Shown: positions 11,449 through 23,160 of the stretch, in pieces | Numbering within the stretch: the first letter of the stretch is position 1 | Layout of the letters: each line of letters starts with the position of its first letter | Assembly (NCBI GenBank): GCA_973895155.1 | Contig: OZ316892.1 | Location: 30,743,702-30,807,701 of the forward strand | Reading direction: 5' to 3' | Source of the DNA: Marsupella aquatica | Lineage: Eukaryota; Plantae; Marchantiophyta | Length of the DNA: 64,000 nucleotides | Made by a program: the position numbers and the translations under genes | Notes under the pieces: model-generated | Seen by the model: only the letters and a program-made list of their open reading frames with translations | Database searches by the model: none | Told to the model about the DNA's origin: nothing

Positions 11449-14330
11449 TTGCTTGCATGTTACAATTACCCGGACTGGAGACCTTTAACTATGTTGAACA
11501 CCATATACAAGCTGATTGCTAAAATATTGGCACTCCGATTGATTAGGATTCTGCCACAACTTATCAGCCTGCAGCAGACTGGCTTTATCCCTGGGAGAAA
11601 TATTTTGGAAAACATTTCGCTGGTCTGGTTAACCTTTGACTGGCTGAAAAATAGGAAGCATGAGGCCTTATTTCTAAAGCTAGATTTTGAGAAGGCGTTT
11701 GATAGAGTAGAGCACGACTACATATGGGAGACAATGCATTTGTTAGGCATAAGTGGCAATTTTATTAAATTGGTACAGGCACCTTTGACGAATGCAACGT
11801 CAAGGATATATCTAAATGGGATGTTATCCACTGAGATAGGACTTAAAAGGGGAGTTAGACAGGGCTGTCCCCTATCATCGCTCCTGTTTGTAATCTCCAC
11901 GCAGCCGCTAATGGACTTCATGGATGCAGAACTAGCTATGGATAGACTTGCAGGGATACAGGTTTCAGAGGCACTTACAATTTGTTACCGTTTTTTTGCG
12001 GATGATTTGGGGGTGTGTATGCCTGCCACGGAGAGGAACTTTCAATAGGTTACTGCAGTAATTGAATGCTATGAAGCTGCCACGGGGGCCCAACTCAACT
12101 TGAGGAAATTGATAATAATTCCGGTAGTGTTGGGGGACATACCGAGATGGCTCAGAGACACGGGATGTGTGATCAGTGGAAGGGGGAGTTACAAAATTAC
12201 CTTGGGGCTCCTTTAGGTGTTGACTTGAAGACGGAGCAGCTGCACAACTTTGTCCTGGGAAAAATTGGACAGAGACTATCCTCATGGGCGAACAAGCTTC
12301 TGACATTCACAGGACGATCGTTGTTGGTGAGACACATTCTACAGGCTATCCCGATTTATGATTCTATGTTTCTTAAAGCATCCTATGGGTTGGCAAGGAA
12401 AATGACAGCGCTGTGTAGAGACTTCTTATGGGGATATAATGCGGAGAGGGGCGGGCAGGTGCCATTGGTATCTTGGGCCAGGATGTCCCAGCCACAGGCA
12501 GAGGGGGGTTGGGAATTAAGGACTTTAGGAGTCACTTGGATGCGCTGCTGGCAAAATGGTTTACTGGAGTGCTTGATTCCCGGCTTGATTCCCTTGAGTC
12601 AGAATGGGCCAGTATGTTTGCGGAAAACTTAAATCTGATAGGATGGACAAATTACAAAGTGGTACGAAGGAACAATTACTCTTTTCGGGACAAGATGTTG
12701 CTCTGCAGTCTGGGGGCGCTCCATGGATTGGCTTACATGGGAGGACTCTGGAAGGCATGGGATTTACTGCGGTCGAATCTGATATTTTGTCCAACGAAAA
12801 GGATACCGGGTATGTACTCCGGTGCCTGAAGGGCTTTCAATCTTGGAGCAATGTGGATATGGCTGCCACCACAGTGCTCTGCGGGAGATTGGGTATAAGA
12901 TGTATATAGGACCTCTGGTCGGAGGATAGACAGGAGTGGCAAAGGATGGAAGGAAGATGGGAGCATTTGAGGGGACTCACACCTGAGCACCGGACTCTTG
13001 GCAGGAGTTTCATGGAGGCCTTGTATGAAATTGCACAATGTGAGTGGAGATCTGAACCAGGATCCGATTGCTGGTGCTGGGCTGATAATGTTGCCCCTTT
13101 GAAGTGCTTCAAGCTCCCCAATCGTAGGGCTTACCACCTACTTCGACCTGTGCTGGGGGATGCGCCCAGTCTGAACAGGACGTGGGGTACAGGCAAGACT
13201 GAGATGGAATGGAATTGGGCAGGTATGTGGGGGGCAAGCATGTCACTGCGGGCAAAGACCTTTTTGTGGAGAGTAATTATAGCTTTGGGGCTGTTCACTG
13301 GGGAGGGCGGTTAAGATTGGTAAAGGAAGTGGGGATTGCAAGCTATGCCCGGGAATACTTGAGTCCATTCCGCACCTATTTTTGGATTGCCCACATGCAC
13401 AGAAATGTTGGGCTCTCTGTGCACAAGGCTTTAGGGGAATCTTTGCTGGAGACGCTGGGGGACTGATAGGGCTGCTGGATTCTGCTATTGGAAGGCACCA
13501 TAGTAAGACTTTCATGATGGTAGTGCTTTTTCAGATGTTGTGGGCATTGTGGCTGGGGTGTAATGAGCACATGTTCCAGGTAGATGGGTGCCGGAAGGAG
13601 GTGTTTACAAAAGACAGCAAACAGGAAACAGGATTTAATAACAGAAACTGGTAACAGGAAAAAAAACTGGTAACAGGAAAATGGGTGGAAACTTTTTTTG
13701 AAATTTTTTTTTGAGAAAAAAAAAGTTTTTATCTCGGTTGACCAGTTTTTTTTGCTAGCGCCCAAAGCTAGCCAAAAATGTTGCATTGTTATTTTTTTTG
13801 AAAATAACATGTTTTAGGAGATATTTTTAAATTCTCATTTTTCTTGGTAACAGTGATTTTTTCCTGGTAACAGCATATTAAAAACAGGAAAAAAAATTCC
13901 TGTTTACCTGTTTCCTGTCTCCGTCACTATACCCGCCGGAAGTTAGATTTCAGATTCATCCTGTCAGAGGCAGCGGATCATATCTCTGTTGTTTTGATTA
14001 CATTGTCAGTGTGTAACCGGAAAACTCTATTACTGAGGGCTAAGGCAATGATTAATATGGAAAGGATTGCATGGCTGAAGCGTAGGGGTGTATGGATCAC
14101 TTCAGGATAGGCCAATAGGATTGGGGGGAATTTTGGTACAGGTTGACAGCAGCTGCTGCATGCCTGGCTGTTTGGGGGGACTGCTGGCAATTGAGGCGCC
14201 TACGACCCACCTTGTGGTCATCTGGTTTGGGCTACACATTAGCCTCTTTGGTTACTGGGTGTTTGGAATTGTCTATTGGTTATGATTGTCTCCTCTGCCA
14301 TGGGGTTTTCGTGGCCACTATTTAAAAAAA
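11449..14330 (+). mobile_element. 5'-truncated, degraded L1-type LINE (ORF2 reverse transcriptase plus C-terminal zinc finger)
   Basis: DWRPLTMLNTIYKLIAK, QTGFIPGRNI, KLDFEKAFDRV, RGVRQGCPLS, FADD, YLGAPLG and E-x-x-x-HLFLDC motifs across frameshifted ORFs; short A-run near 14323-14330. Both boundaries are approximate. Confidence 0.9.
13598..13934. mobile_element. Non-autonomous DNA transposon (MITE) inserted in the LINE
   Basis: Flanking 8-bp duplication GCCGGAAG (13590-13597, 13935-13942); imperfect inverted ends (AGACAGCAAACAGG / CCTGTTTCCTGTCT); internal GGTAACAG repeats; AT-rich. Confidence 0.75.
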
Positions 14331-14797
14331 TGCCCGTGACCAAAGGGGGTCACAAAAGCTGAACTACTCTTTATAAATTTGTGACTGATTAGTTATTGTC
14401 ACCAATACATGAATGTTTCATTAGTATAGTGATCACTCTCGCGAGGGGGAGGTCTCAGGTTCAAAACTCGGGTCCTGAAATGCTTTGACCCAAATTTGAC
14501 TTGCAATAGTACAAAAACATGATAAGTTGGGGTTGCATTTAAATTTGAGAAAATTTAATAAATACAAGGAAATTATAATTCATTATAATATGATACCTCA
14601 AAATAATATAAGTTTGAAATAGAATTCATACATGTAATTTTTATTTGATAAGAGAAATAAATGTATCAAAACCTAAATGTATCTAAAAGACTAACCTAAA
14701 TTAACCCTAAATCGTCCACCACCTAATCTGAAATAAATCATAAAGAATTTAATCTTTTTCTCCTCTCATCGTCAACCTTTCATTGATGTATATACAA

Positions 14798-14935
14798 ACC
14801 AGCATCTAAAGGATGAACACGCTCGTCGGCAAAATATTTCTCAAGCAACAAGCATTGTATGCATTGACCAGCATCTAAAGGATGAACACGCTCGTAGGCA
14901 AAATATTTCTCAAGCAACAAGCATTGTATGCATCG
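14798..14935. repeat. Two-copy 69-bp tandem duplication
   Basis: ACCAGCATCTAAAGGATGAACACGCTCG...TGTATGCAT starts at 14798 and again at 14867. Confidence 0.9.
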
Positions 14936-15022
14936 AGAACACTCCATCGATGACAACACAAAGCCAAAGTATATCTCCAACAAAAAAGAGTTGCATCCAA
15001 ATGTACTAGATTAAGTGACTAT

Positions 15023-15366
15023 TGTTGAGCATAGACGACATTCGTAACGGCAAGCCCATGAACCATCCAACGCACAAGAGTCGACACAGAGAGATACGTG
15101 GTTCACCTCCACATGAGGCTACGTCCATGGGAACATACAAGAGCTTTACTGCACTCTAGGCCGACCGGCCATACCAAGCATCCACAGCACAAGCTCTTCC
15201 TATCTCTCAACTAGCTCCATAACAATGAGCCTTTGTTCCACCAGGGTCTGGCATCAGCCCTGGCTATATGCACAACAGCACTACCGCTAACCTTAGCTAG
15301 GTCCTAACCCGAGTTAGCCTAACTGTGGTTAGCACAAGAGTCACAAGACTAGAGCAATATCTAACA
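15023..15366 (-). repeat. Copia 3' LTR (344 bp)
   Basis: TGTTGAGC...TCTAACA; near-identical to 35132-35475 (one mismatch seen by eye). PPT AAGGGGGAGTT is adjacent at 15367-15377. Confidence 0.97.
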
Positions 15367-15561
15367 AACTCCCCCTTGACTCTTGTCTTGGGGACTGGAC
15401 TAAATGCTACCATATGGAATCCTCAGCGGGAAGTTCTAGACAATCACCAAACCAGGTCTCCCCCTAAAAACCACAAGGGTTAACTAGAACTAAGCCGTAG
15501 CCTAACAGGAATGAGTAATCCATATATAAATAGTCACCATTGCTAAATAACTCTACTTGCA

Positions 15562-18500
15562 CTACAACTGCAAAACCTGCAAAGTAGCACGGTGTCTTGA
15601 GAAACTCTCCAAAGGAATCACTTTGGTAAAGGCATCAGCGGGATTGAGCTTTCCATCAATCTTGACTAGCTCAAAAGTTTTATCAGACACTGCTTGCCTG
15701 ATAAAATGGTACCTGATATCAATGTGCTTCACCCTGCTATCCATCACCTGGTTAGCAGCCAAGTGAAGAGCACTCTGACCATCACAGTTTAGAGTCATTT
15801 TTCCATGCTCTAAACCCATCTCCGCGATCAACTTATCCAACCAAATTGCTTCCTTTGCTGCTTCTGCTGCTGCAACATACTCTGCTTCTGTAGTAGACTG
15901 AGATATGCACTTTTGCAAGGTAGATTTCCAACTGATACATCCTCCTCCAAGAGTGTAAACAAACCCAGTTGTAGACCTCCTTGTATCCAGACAGCCTCCA
16001 TAGTCAGAATCTACATAGCCAACCAACGTTCTATCTGATCTGTTATCAAATAGTAATCCATAGTCCTGTGTTCCCTTCACATACCTGAGAATCCATTTCA
16101 CAGCTTCCCAGTGTACCTTCCCTGGATTTGACATGAATCTGCTAACCTTGCCCATCGCTAGGGCCAAGTCAGGCCTAGTACAAGTCATCAAATACATCAG
16201 ACTGCCTACTGCCTTCTCATAAGGAATCTTAGCCATCAGACCTTTCTCCACAGCATCCGTAGGAGAGAAAGCCGATGATAACTTGAAATGTGAAGCTAAA
16301 GGAATACTCACTGGCTTACAGTTCTCCATGTTGAATCGTGCAAGTACTTTCCTCGCATACTGGCCTTGACTCAAGCACAACTGTCCAGTATCAGAGTTTC
16401 TAAAAATCTCCATCCCTAAGATCCTCTTGGCCTTACCAAGATCCTTCATCCTGAATTCAGCACTCAATTTTGCCTTAAGACTGTCAACCTCAGATTGATC
16501 TTTAGCCACAATCAGCATGTCATCCACATAGATCACCAGAATGATGAAACCGAATACATCATTCTTGACTGATTTCGTATACACACAAGGATCATACACC
16601 ATCCTTGTAAAACCTTGAGCAAGGATGAAATCATCAAACCGCTTGTTCCATTGTCTGGGAGACTACTTCAATCCATACAAGGACTTGAGCAATCTGCAAA
16701 CTAAGTTCTCTTGGCCATTCTTCATAAAGCCTAGTGGTTGTCTCATGAAGATCATCTCTTCCAAGTTGCCATAGAGAAAAGCAGTAACAACATCCATCTG
16801 ATCCATCACCAGACCAAAAAACACAACAAGCTGACACAAGATCCGAATTGTGGAATACTTAGCCACCGGTGAAAAGACCTCATTGTAGTCCACTCCTTTC
16901 TCCTGAGTGAACCCCTTGGCAACAAGCCTTGCCTTGTAGATCTTATCTCCACCCTCTGAAGGACTATCCTTCAACTTGTAAATCCACTTACTGTCCACCA
17001 CTTGCTGACCTCTTGGAAGCTCCACCAGCTCCCATGTCATGTTGTCACTCAAAGATTGCAACTCCCTCTGCATTGCTGCATTCCACTCATGCTTCTGCTC
17101 TGAAGCACAAGCCTCACTGTACGAAGAAGGCTCTCCTTCTTCCAAGATCAAAGCCATGTCATCTTCATCAGGTGCAATGTCAATATCATCTAGCTTAGAT
17201 GAGTCTGCCCATTGACCATACCTGGTAGGAGCTCTAGTAGAACGACTGGAAGTTCTTCTAGTAGATGACTCAGGCTGATCTGTTGCTGCTGGATGAATTT
17301 GAGGTACCCCAGCAACAATCTGCTCCTCTTGTTCCATCACAGGAACCAGCTCCAAGCCCGGAGCTTCTCCATCTCTCTTGTCATGAACAACATCATGACT
17401 AATCTCCCCCTCAACCCGGTCCGGGATGGGAGATTTCCCTTTGTTAGTATGGGAGTCCTGAGAACTCTCCCCCTCCTTTGATGATCTGGATTCATTAAAG
17501 GACACATCTCTACTGACAATTAATTTATAGGTTACTGGATCCCATAACCTATAACCCTTAACACCTTTCTGATAGCCAAGGAAAATGCACTTCTTCGACT
17601 TGGACTCTAGCTTGGATCGAAGCTGGGAAGGTGTAAGCACATAAGCATCACATCCAAAAATCCTCAGATGTGAGTAATCTGCTGGACGCCTGTACCTCAT
17701 TTCAAATGGCGTCTTGAATCCAATAGAACTGGATGGAGAAAAATTTACCAAATAAGCTGCAGTGTTGACAGCTTCAGCCCAAAACTCATGTGGTAAGCAT
17801 GATTGACTCAACATACTCCTCGAGCGGTCCAATAGTGTTCGGTTGAGTCTCTCAGAAACACCATTCTGCTGAGGAGTATAACTTGTTGTGAGATGGCGGG
17901 TGATCCCCTGCTCCTTACAATACGTTCCAAATTCACCGGAACTGTATTCACCGCCGTTATCCGATCGAAGATATCTCACCTTATTACCAGTCTGATTCTC
18001 AACTTGGGCTTTCCACTCCTTAAAAGTGGCAAAAACATCAGACTTATTGTGTAGAAAGTATATCCACACATACCTTGAGTAATCGTCTATGAACGTGACA
18101 TAGTATAACCGTCCAGAATGTGAGGGAGTAGGGGCTGGACCTCACACATCACTATGTACATACTCAAGTACCTCCTTGCTGGTGTGAGTTCCAACTCCGA
18201 AGGGTTTCCTGTGCTGCTTCCCTAGCACACAGTGCTCACAAAATTCCAACTTACAAGATTGCAAATTAGAAAGTAATCCTTTCTTCTGAAGAATAACCAA
18301 ACCTTTTTCACTCATGTGGCCCAAACGGAAGTGCCACAGCCGGGCCGTCTCCTCGTGAGATAAGGTTACATTGGCTTCATCACAAACTACACTGCCCTCC
18401 AAAACGTATAGATTGCAATATCTCTTTCCCTTCAATACAACTTTAGTACTAGTTGAAACCTGAAGGACACCATTAGCAGAGCTCCACTGATGGCCATTTG

Positions 18501-18581
18501 CTTCTAAAACTCCAAGTGAAATGAGATTTTTCATCATGCTGGGAATATGTCTCACATTCCTCAACGTTCTCACAACACCAT
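15562..18581 (-). pseudogene. pol: Copia pol 3' part: GAG-pre-integrase, integrase, reverse transcriptase and RNase H, with in-frame stops
   Basis: LWHFRLGH/CEHC, LRSDNGGEY, PQQNGVSER, YKARLVAKG, QMDVVTAFL, KSLYGLK, YVDDML, TRPDL and KHIDIRYHF motifs; stops at 18142 and 16663. Confidence 0.95.
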
Positions 18582-20299
18582 TGTCGTATAGCCAAAAGAA
18601 CAAAAAGGAACACTTTTTACATAAAGACTCGGAATACGATCCCTTTAAGAACAGATTTGGAAAGAATTGAATGAATTTATCTCTCTGAGTAATCTAAAGC
18701 TCTCAGCACATAGATTTCTTGTTTCTCACTAAAAGATCAAATAAACAAAACACCAAAGTAAATAAACTTCTGTCTTATGAGTCAAGAGAGAGTCAATTAT
18801 GGTCTGAAAACTCTGATTAGCTATTGCCACTCCTTCAAAAAGGACTATGGTCTTAGAATAGACATAAAACAAGTCTCATAACTCACTAATTTCTCTCCTG
18901 ACTAAATAAAATTGCATGATAAGGAATTTCCAATTTGCTAAACAAGTATTGCTCTGGTTACAAATGTAATGATATGACTTAAGATGCCGGCAACATGGTT
19001 TGACATCAGCGATACGCAATTCCGTCAAACACTAAATCATATTCCATAAACAAAGTAACGGTACTGAATACTCTGAGAACCAAACTTTACTTCTCACATA
19101 TCAAACAACAACTCTTGAATTAGCTAGCGAATCTTGACCCTTCAAGCAAGCCTAGCAGTGAATTCAATGTAAGTCACAGAAGTTTGTAACTGAATTCAAG
19201 TATCAAGAAATTTCTTGAATTCATAAATTCAAACATAAGTTTTACTTCCATACAAGACTTTTCTTGTTAAAATGGAAGGAGGGAAACTAACAGAAGTCTG
19301 ATTGGAATTGTCCCCCCCTTCTTCCGAATGGAAAAACCATGAGGTTTTATAAGTAAAGGTTCCCTTAACTGAAAAGGCATGACTTTTCAAACCTCAAATA
19401 TCTAAAAGACAATCCTAAAAGAAATAAAGAAATGCATTGGAGACTTAGTGGACGCTTTGTAGAGCGTCGGTGCTTTCCGGTAAAACTAATAAACAATGGT
19501 GTTAATCTAATTTTAACTTCTAAACTAAAAGTCGGAATGAGCTGAGACTTTTCTAGAGTACTCTACTACATATAATCTCTATGCTGGTAAAGTTTCAGAC
19601 TTTTCTGAGGTCTCTAAGTGCCTCAAATAAATCGGTGAAAGTGGCACGGTGTTATAAAAGTACGGAAATCAGAAATATTTCTAAGTGTCGGGAAGATAGT
19701 GGACGCTTCAGAAAGCGTCCAAAACTACAAAGGACTTTTATGGACGCTTCAGAAAGCGTCGGCTGAATTTTGAGGTTTGGTCGCGGCGTCCGTCTTCCGG
19801 CCTTCAGGTGGGACGCTTCAGAAAGCGGCGAAGTCTGTCTTGGCGGACGCTTCAGAAAGCGTCGATTCTGCTTTGTCTTCGAACACGGTCGGACGCTTCA
19901 CAAGGCGTCACTTCTCATGTGGACGCTTCAGAAAGCGTCTCATCGGACTTTGGGGTTAGCGGACGCTTCAGAAAGCGTCTTAAAGCGTCCGGTGTCTGGT
20001 TCGAATAGACGTTTCACGAAGCGTCTTCTATTCCGTGGTATCGGTGAAGGACGGCTCAAAAAGCGTCGTGGTTAAGGGGGTCGCATCTGGTTGGCAGCAA
20101 CCGTGGACGCCTCAGCTGTCTTGAGGTTTATTGGCTTTGTAACTGGGGACGCTTCAGAAAGCGTCCTTAGTTAGACTAAGTGAGTTAACCGCCAAATGGA
20201 AAGTAGACGCTTCAGAAAGCGTCGTTTTTGCTCAAAAAGTTTGAAACGATTCAGATTTTTCTCTTATGGTCGTGTTTCAGCAAAAGTCTCCTTTCCACA
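18582..20299 (-). repeat. Gypsy 3' LTR (1718 bp) with an array of about 13 palindromes
   Basis: TGTCGTATAG...TTTCCACA; nearly identical to 30551-32268 (at least 3 substitutions seen). Confidence 0.97.
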
Positions 20300-20316
20300 T
20301 AGCCCTCCACTCAAAA
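20300..20316 (-). promoter_or_regulatory. Polypurine tract of the gypsy element
   Basis: Minus strand TTTTGAGTGGAGGGCTA abuts the 3' LTR. Confidence 0.85.
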
Positions 20317-20400
20317 TTTGCTGTGTCCGCACAAGAAGTGAAATAATATATTTGATCAGGCACTTCTGAAGTGGCTCTTTAATGATGTGGAGTTGTAAAA

Positions 20401-20844
20401 TTACATTGGAGGCCAAGGGTCGAGTAGAGGCAATCGAGCAAGTCCTCTGATAGCGTGGGAGCCTTGAGTGCGAGAAGAGGAATGTAGTTGGAGTCTCTGT
20501 AGCTGTTCTCTGAGTTTAAGCAGATCCTTCTCATACTTATACTGAATTGCATATCCGTCATGAGCAACCCAGACATAGTAACGATAAGGCCATGGATGTT
20601 CTGGAGGTATAGGAGGAAAAGGACAAAGGGTTCTTCGAAGGGTATACACCCAACACCATATTTCATACTCAGAGAATTTATGTCTCCTGTCCTTATCTAT
20701 AGGTGGAACAACTTTAGGAAATTTATACGTAGGAATCAAAGTACGAATGCTGGAGGACATAATCCTGGCAAAACCTGTTGTTGCTGTCTGATACTCTCTA
20801 CTTCCAAATGCCTGAAAGCCATATGGTAGTCTTTCTTGGTCCAA
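20401..20844 (-). CDS. Possible small additional ORF in the gypsy 3' region, function unknown
   Basis: 147-codon open frame (first ATG at MSSSIR) overlapping the end of the accessory ORF; Trp/Tyr/Pro-rich with a short helical tail. No recognised domain. Confidence 0.3.
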   Translation of the reverse strand: MDQERLPYGFQAFGSREYQTATTGFARIMSSSIRTLIPTYKFPKVVPPIDKDRRHKFSEYEIWCWVYTLRRTLCPFPPIPPEHPWPYRYYVWVAHDGYAIQYKYEKDLLKLREQLQRLQLHSSSRTQGSHAIRGLARLPLLDPWPPM

Positions 20845-22826
20845 GAATTAATAGAAGTAAGATTGGGGATAGGAATAGGAGGTGGTAACTCAACCGATCT
20901 CCCTAATTTTGGTGGAATTCGAATAATTCGAGGATCTGCCTCATCCTCACTGCCATCACTTGGCGCACCTATCCATCGAAAAATAACCCCTGGAGTATTG
21001 GAAGGAATCACAGATTCCTTAGCAGGAGGACAAGGTGAAGTCTCAGGAGACAAAGGTGCAATAGTAGGCTGTACTAGCTCTGGAATTGCCCTATCTCCTC
21101 GACCTGCACTGGGTGGTTCGTTTTCTAGCCGTAACTCCTCTGAGTAGGCAGCTACCTGCTCCGAATCGTTATATGGTTCCTGCTCATACTGCTCTTGTAC
21201 CTCAATCTGAGCCTCCACAAAATCTGTAGCAGCATGTAATTCCACCGAATCTTGAGCTTTCCGTAACCTTTTCCATGGTCGACGCCTATAAGTAACTGGA
21301 TACTCATCTCGGGCTCGAGGTGGAGAAGCTGTAAGTGGCGCGTCCAGAGAAGCATATCTCTCAAAATCGTTTGGAGCTGATATGTGCTGAGGTGATGCCC
21401 CAGGACTCTGTTCCGAACTATCATAGCCCATTGGTATTGTGGGTAACCGGGAGATTTGACTTAATCTCTCAGCTAAGTCTTCCGAAATGTCCAATGGTAC
21501 CGCCACCATACTACTACCTTCCTGCTGACTTGAATCATCTCGTTCAGATCTTCGCAAAAAGGAGACATCCTCCTCATCATCAATCTCTACAATTGCATTC
21601 TCACCATCACTTCTTGAAACATCAAAACCTGGTATTCCTAAAGGTTGAATGTCTTGGGGAAAACCAAGGACATCCTGTAAGGGTGGCTGTGGACTCCCAT
21701 TGGAGTATTCATCCGATTGGTAATCCTGTAATGAAGCCAAAGCGTCCGGTCCTTCTGCAGCTAGAGATGGGGATAAACTTGGTAACTCATTCAAAACTAC
21801 ATTTTCTGCAAAAGAAGGTAAAACTGAACCTTCACCTGGTGATTCCGCAGCTGTCTCTGGTTCCTGAATAGCTTCTTCCGGGTTACGCAGAGGGATGGGA
21901 CTCCCACATTGTGAACTGAGCTGGGCCTCGTGCATCAATTCGGCTTCAATATCATGCGAAAGTCGGTCAGCTAGCTCCTCGTCAACTGTAGGAGTGTCCT
22001 CCTCTGGAATTTGAGTGGCCTGCTCATGTGCTTCAACCAAATTTCGGACATTTGGTAACAACTCAGCCTCTTCGCAGTCTAATAAAGTACACAATGCAAT
22101 TAGAGTATCCTGAGGATTGTTGAGTGGCTCATCCGATCGACAACTCACGTCCATTCGCACCTTAGTCCTCAAATTTCGATAAATCCTTTTCTCTGTCGGT
22201 AACAGGCATCGCTTCTTGTAATAAATATGCGCGAAGTAGGGTGTCATTTGCACCTTCCTCAACTTCCTTGCTCTGACTCGACTTCGAAAATTCTTCACCT
22301 GCGCATGGATCACTCTATGTAGGATTTGAGTCCAATTGATGGTCTTCCTCTGTTCCACAGAAAAAATCACAGTGGCCGCAAACGACAAGGTAATACGCGT
22401 TTGACTCTCAGGATGAAAAATAGGGGAGAGGAACCGAAATAAATGCTGCAATCGCGCTTCTATGCAATCTGCCGCCACCCAGCCATTCCGCCTCTTGAAT
22501 GTTCCCGGATAAAACAGAGATTCAACGTAAGCCCTAGGTTCGCCTTCTACTTTTTGTAATCCTTCGCCTACGCTTGGAGTCAAATAAACTGATGAGATGA
22601 GCTCCTCATTCCAATTGCTTGGCCTCGCGCGTATCTCCGGTCCTTCCTCTCCGTCCCATTCGCCTCGATCGATCAAGCTGAATTCACAAATACTCCAAGG
22701 AAACTTTAGGAGATTCTTCAAGCCCATAGTCGTCAAATCCTCTCGTAGTCGCCTTCGATCATCTATTCCTAATGGAATCACAACAACTATCGGACGCGCA
22801 GTGACTTCTAGCTCCGATTCCGCCAT
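20736..22826 (-). CDS. Intact 696-aa gypsy accessory protein (PMD-like N-terminal domain, acidic disordered C-terminus)
   Basis: ATG-initiated and uninterrupted, between integrase and the 3' LTR on the same strand as pol; homologous to 3832-5517. Confidence 0.85.
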   Translation of the reverse strand: MAESELEVTARPIVVVIPLGIDDRRRLREDLTTMGLKNLLKFPWSICEFSLIDRGEWDGEEGPEIRARPSNWNEELISSVYLTPSVGEGLQKVEGEPRAYVESLFYPGTFKRRNGWVAADCIEARLQHLFRFLSPIFHPESQTRITLSFAATVIFSVEQRKTINWTQILHRVIHAQVKNFRSRVRARKLRKVQMTPYFAHIYYKKRCLLPTEKRIYRNLRTKVRMDVSCRSDEPLNNPQDTLIALCTLLDCEEAELLPNVRNLVEAHEQATQIPEEDTPTVDEELADRLSHDIEAELMHEAQLSSQCGSPIPLRNPEEAIQEPETAAESPGEGSVLPSFAENVVLNELPSLSPSLAAEGPDALASLQDYQSDEYSNGSPQPPLQDVLGFPQDIQPLGIPGFDVSRSDGENAIVEIDDEEDVSFLRRSERDDSSQQEGSSMVAVPLDISEDLAERLSQISRLPTIPMGYDSSEQSPGASPQHISAPNDFERYASLDAPLTASPPRARDEYPVTYRRRPWKRLRKAQDSVELHAATDFVEAQIEVQEQYEQEPYNDSEQVAAYSEELRLENEPPSAGRGDRAIPELVQPTIAPLSPETSPCPPAKESVIPSNTPGVIFRWIGAPSDGSEDEADPRIIRIPPKLGRSVELPPPIPIPNLTSINSWTKKDYHMAFRHLEVESIRQQQQVLPGLCPPAFVL

Positions 22827-23160
22827 CGCTCAGTCAGCAATCTCTTCTGGCGCAGCTCCACTCTTCCCTCAATCAGGGTCGCCACCTCCTCTATATCAAT
22901 CATCGGTAATGAGCGCTACTAAACTTGGTTTCAAAAACCACTCGTCGTTTCTCTTCTTCGACCCATTAGACGTCACAATCCCTTGCCGTACTTGAGATCA
23001 TTCCAAAATTTCAACTTGTGCTGGACGCTTCAGAAAGCGTCTCAAAAAAAATTTTAAAAAAAATTTTCCAAACATAATCTTTTAATCTACTATTCTAAGC
23101 CCTTCCATACTAGTATTTCTTACAGATATAAAATATACCTATCCCAGCCCTCCACTCAAA

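Noticed and set aside
19690-20225. CRISPR-like appearance of palindromic repeats with unique spacers
   Set aside because: Spacing is irregular, the repeats are about 20 bp and degenerate, the array sits inside eukaryotic LTRs and is copied in both, and there are no cas genes.
20736-22826. Envelope (env-like) glycoprotein
   Set aside because: It occupies the env position, but I see no signal peptide or convincing transmembrane segment, and the C-terminus is acidic and disordered.
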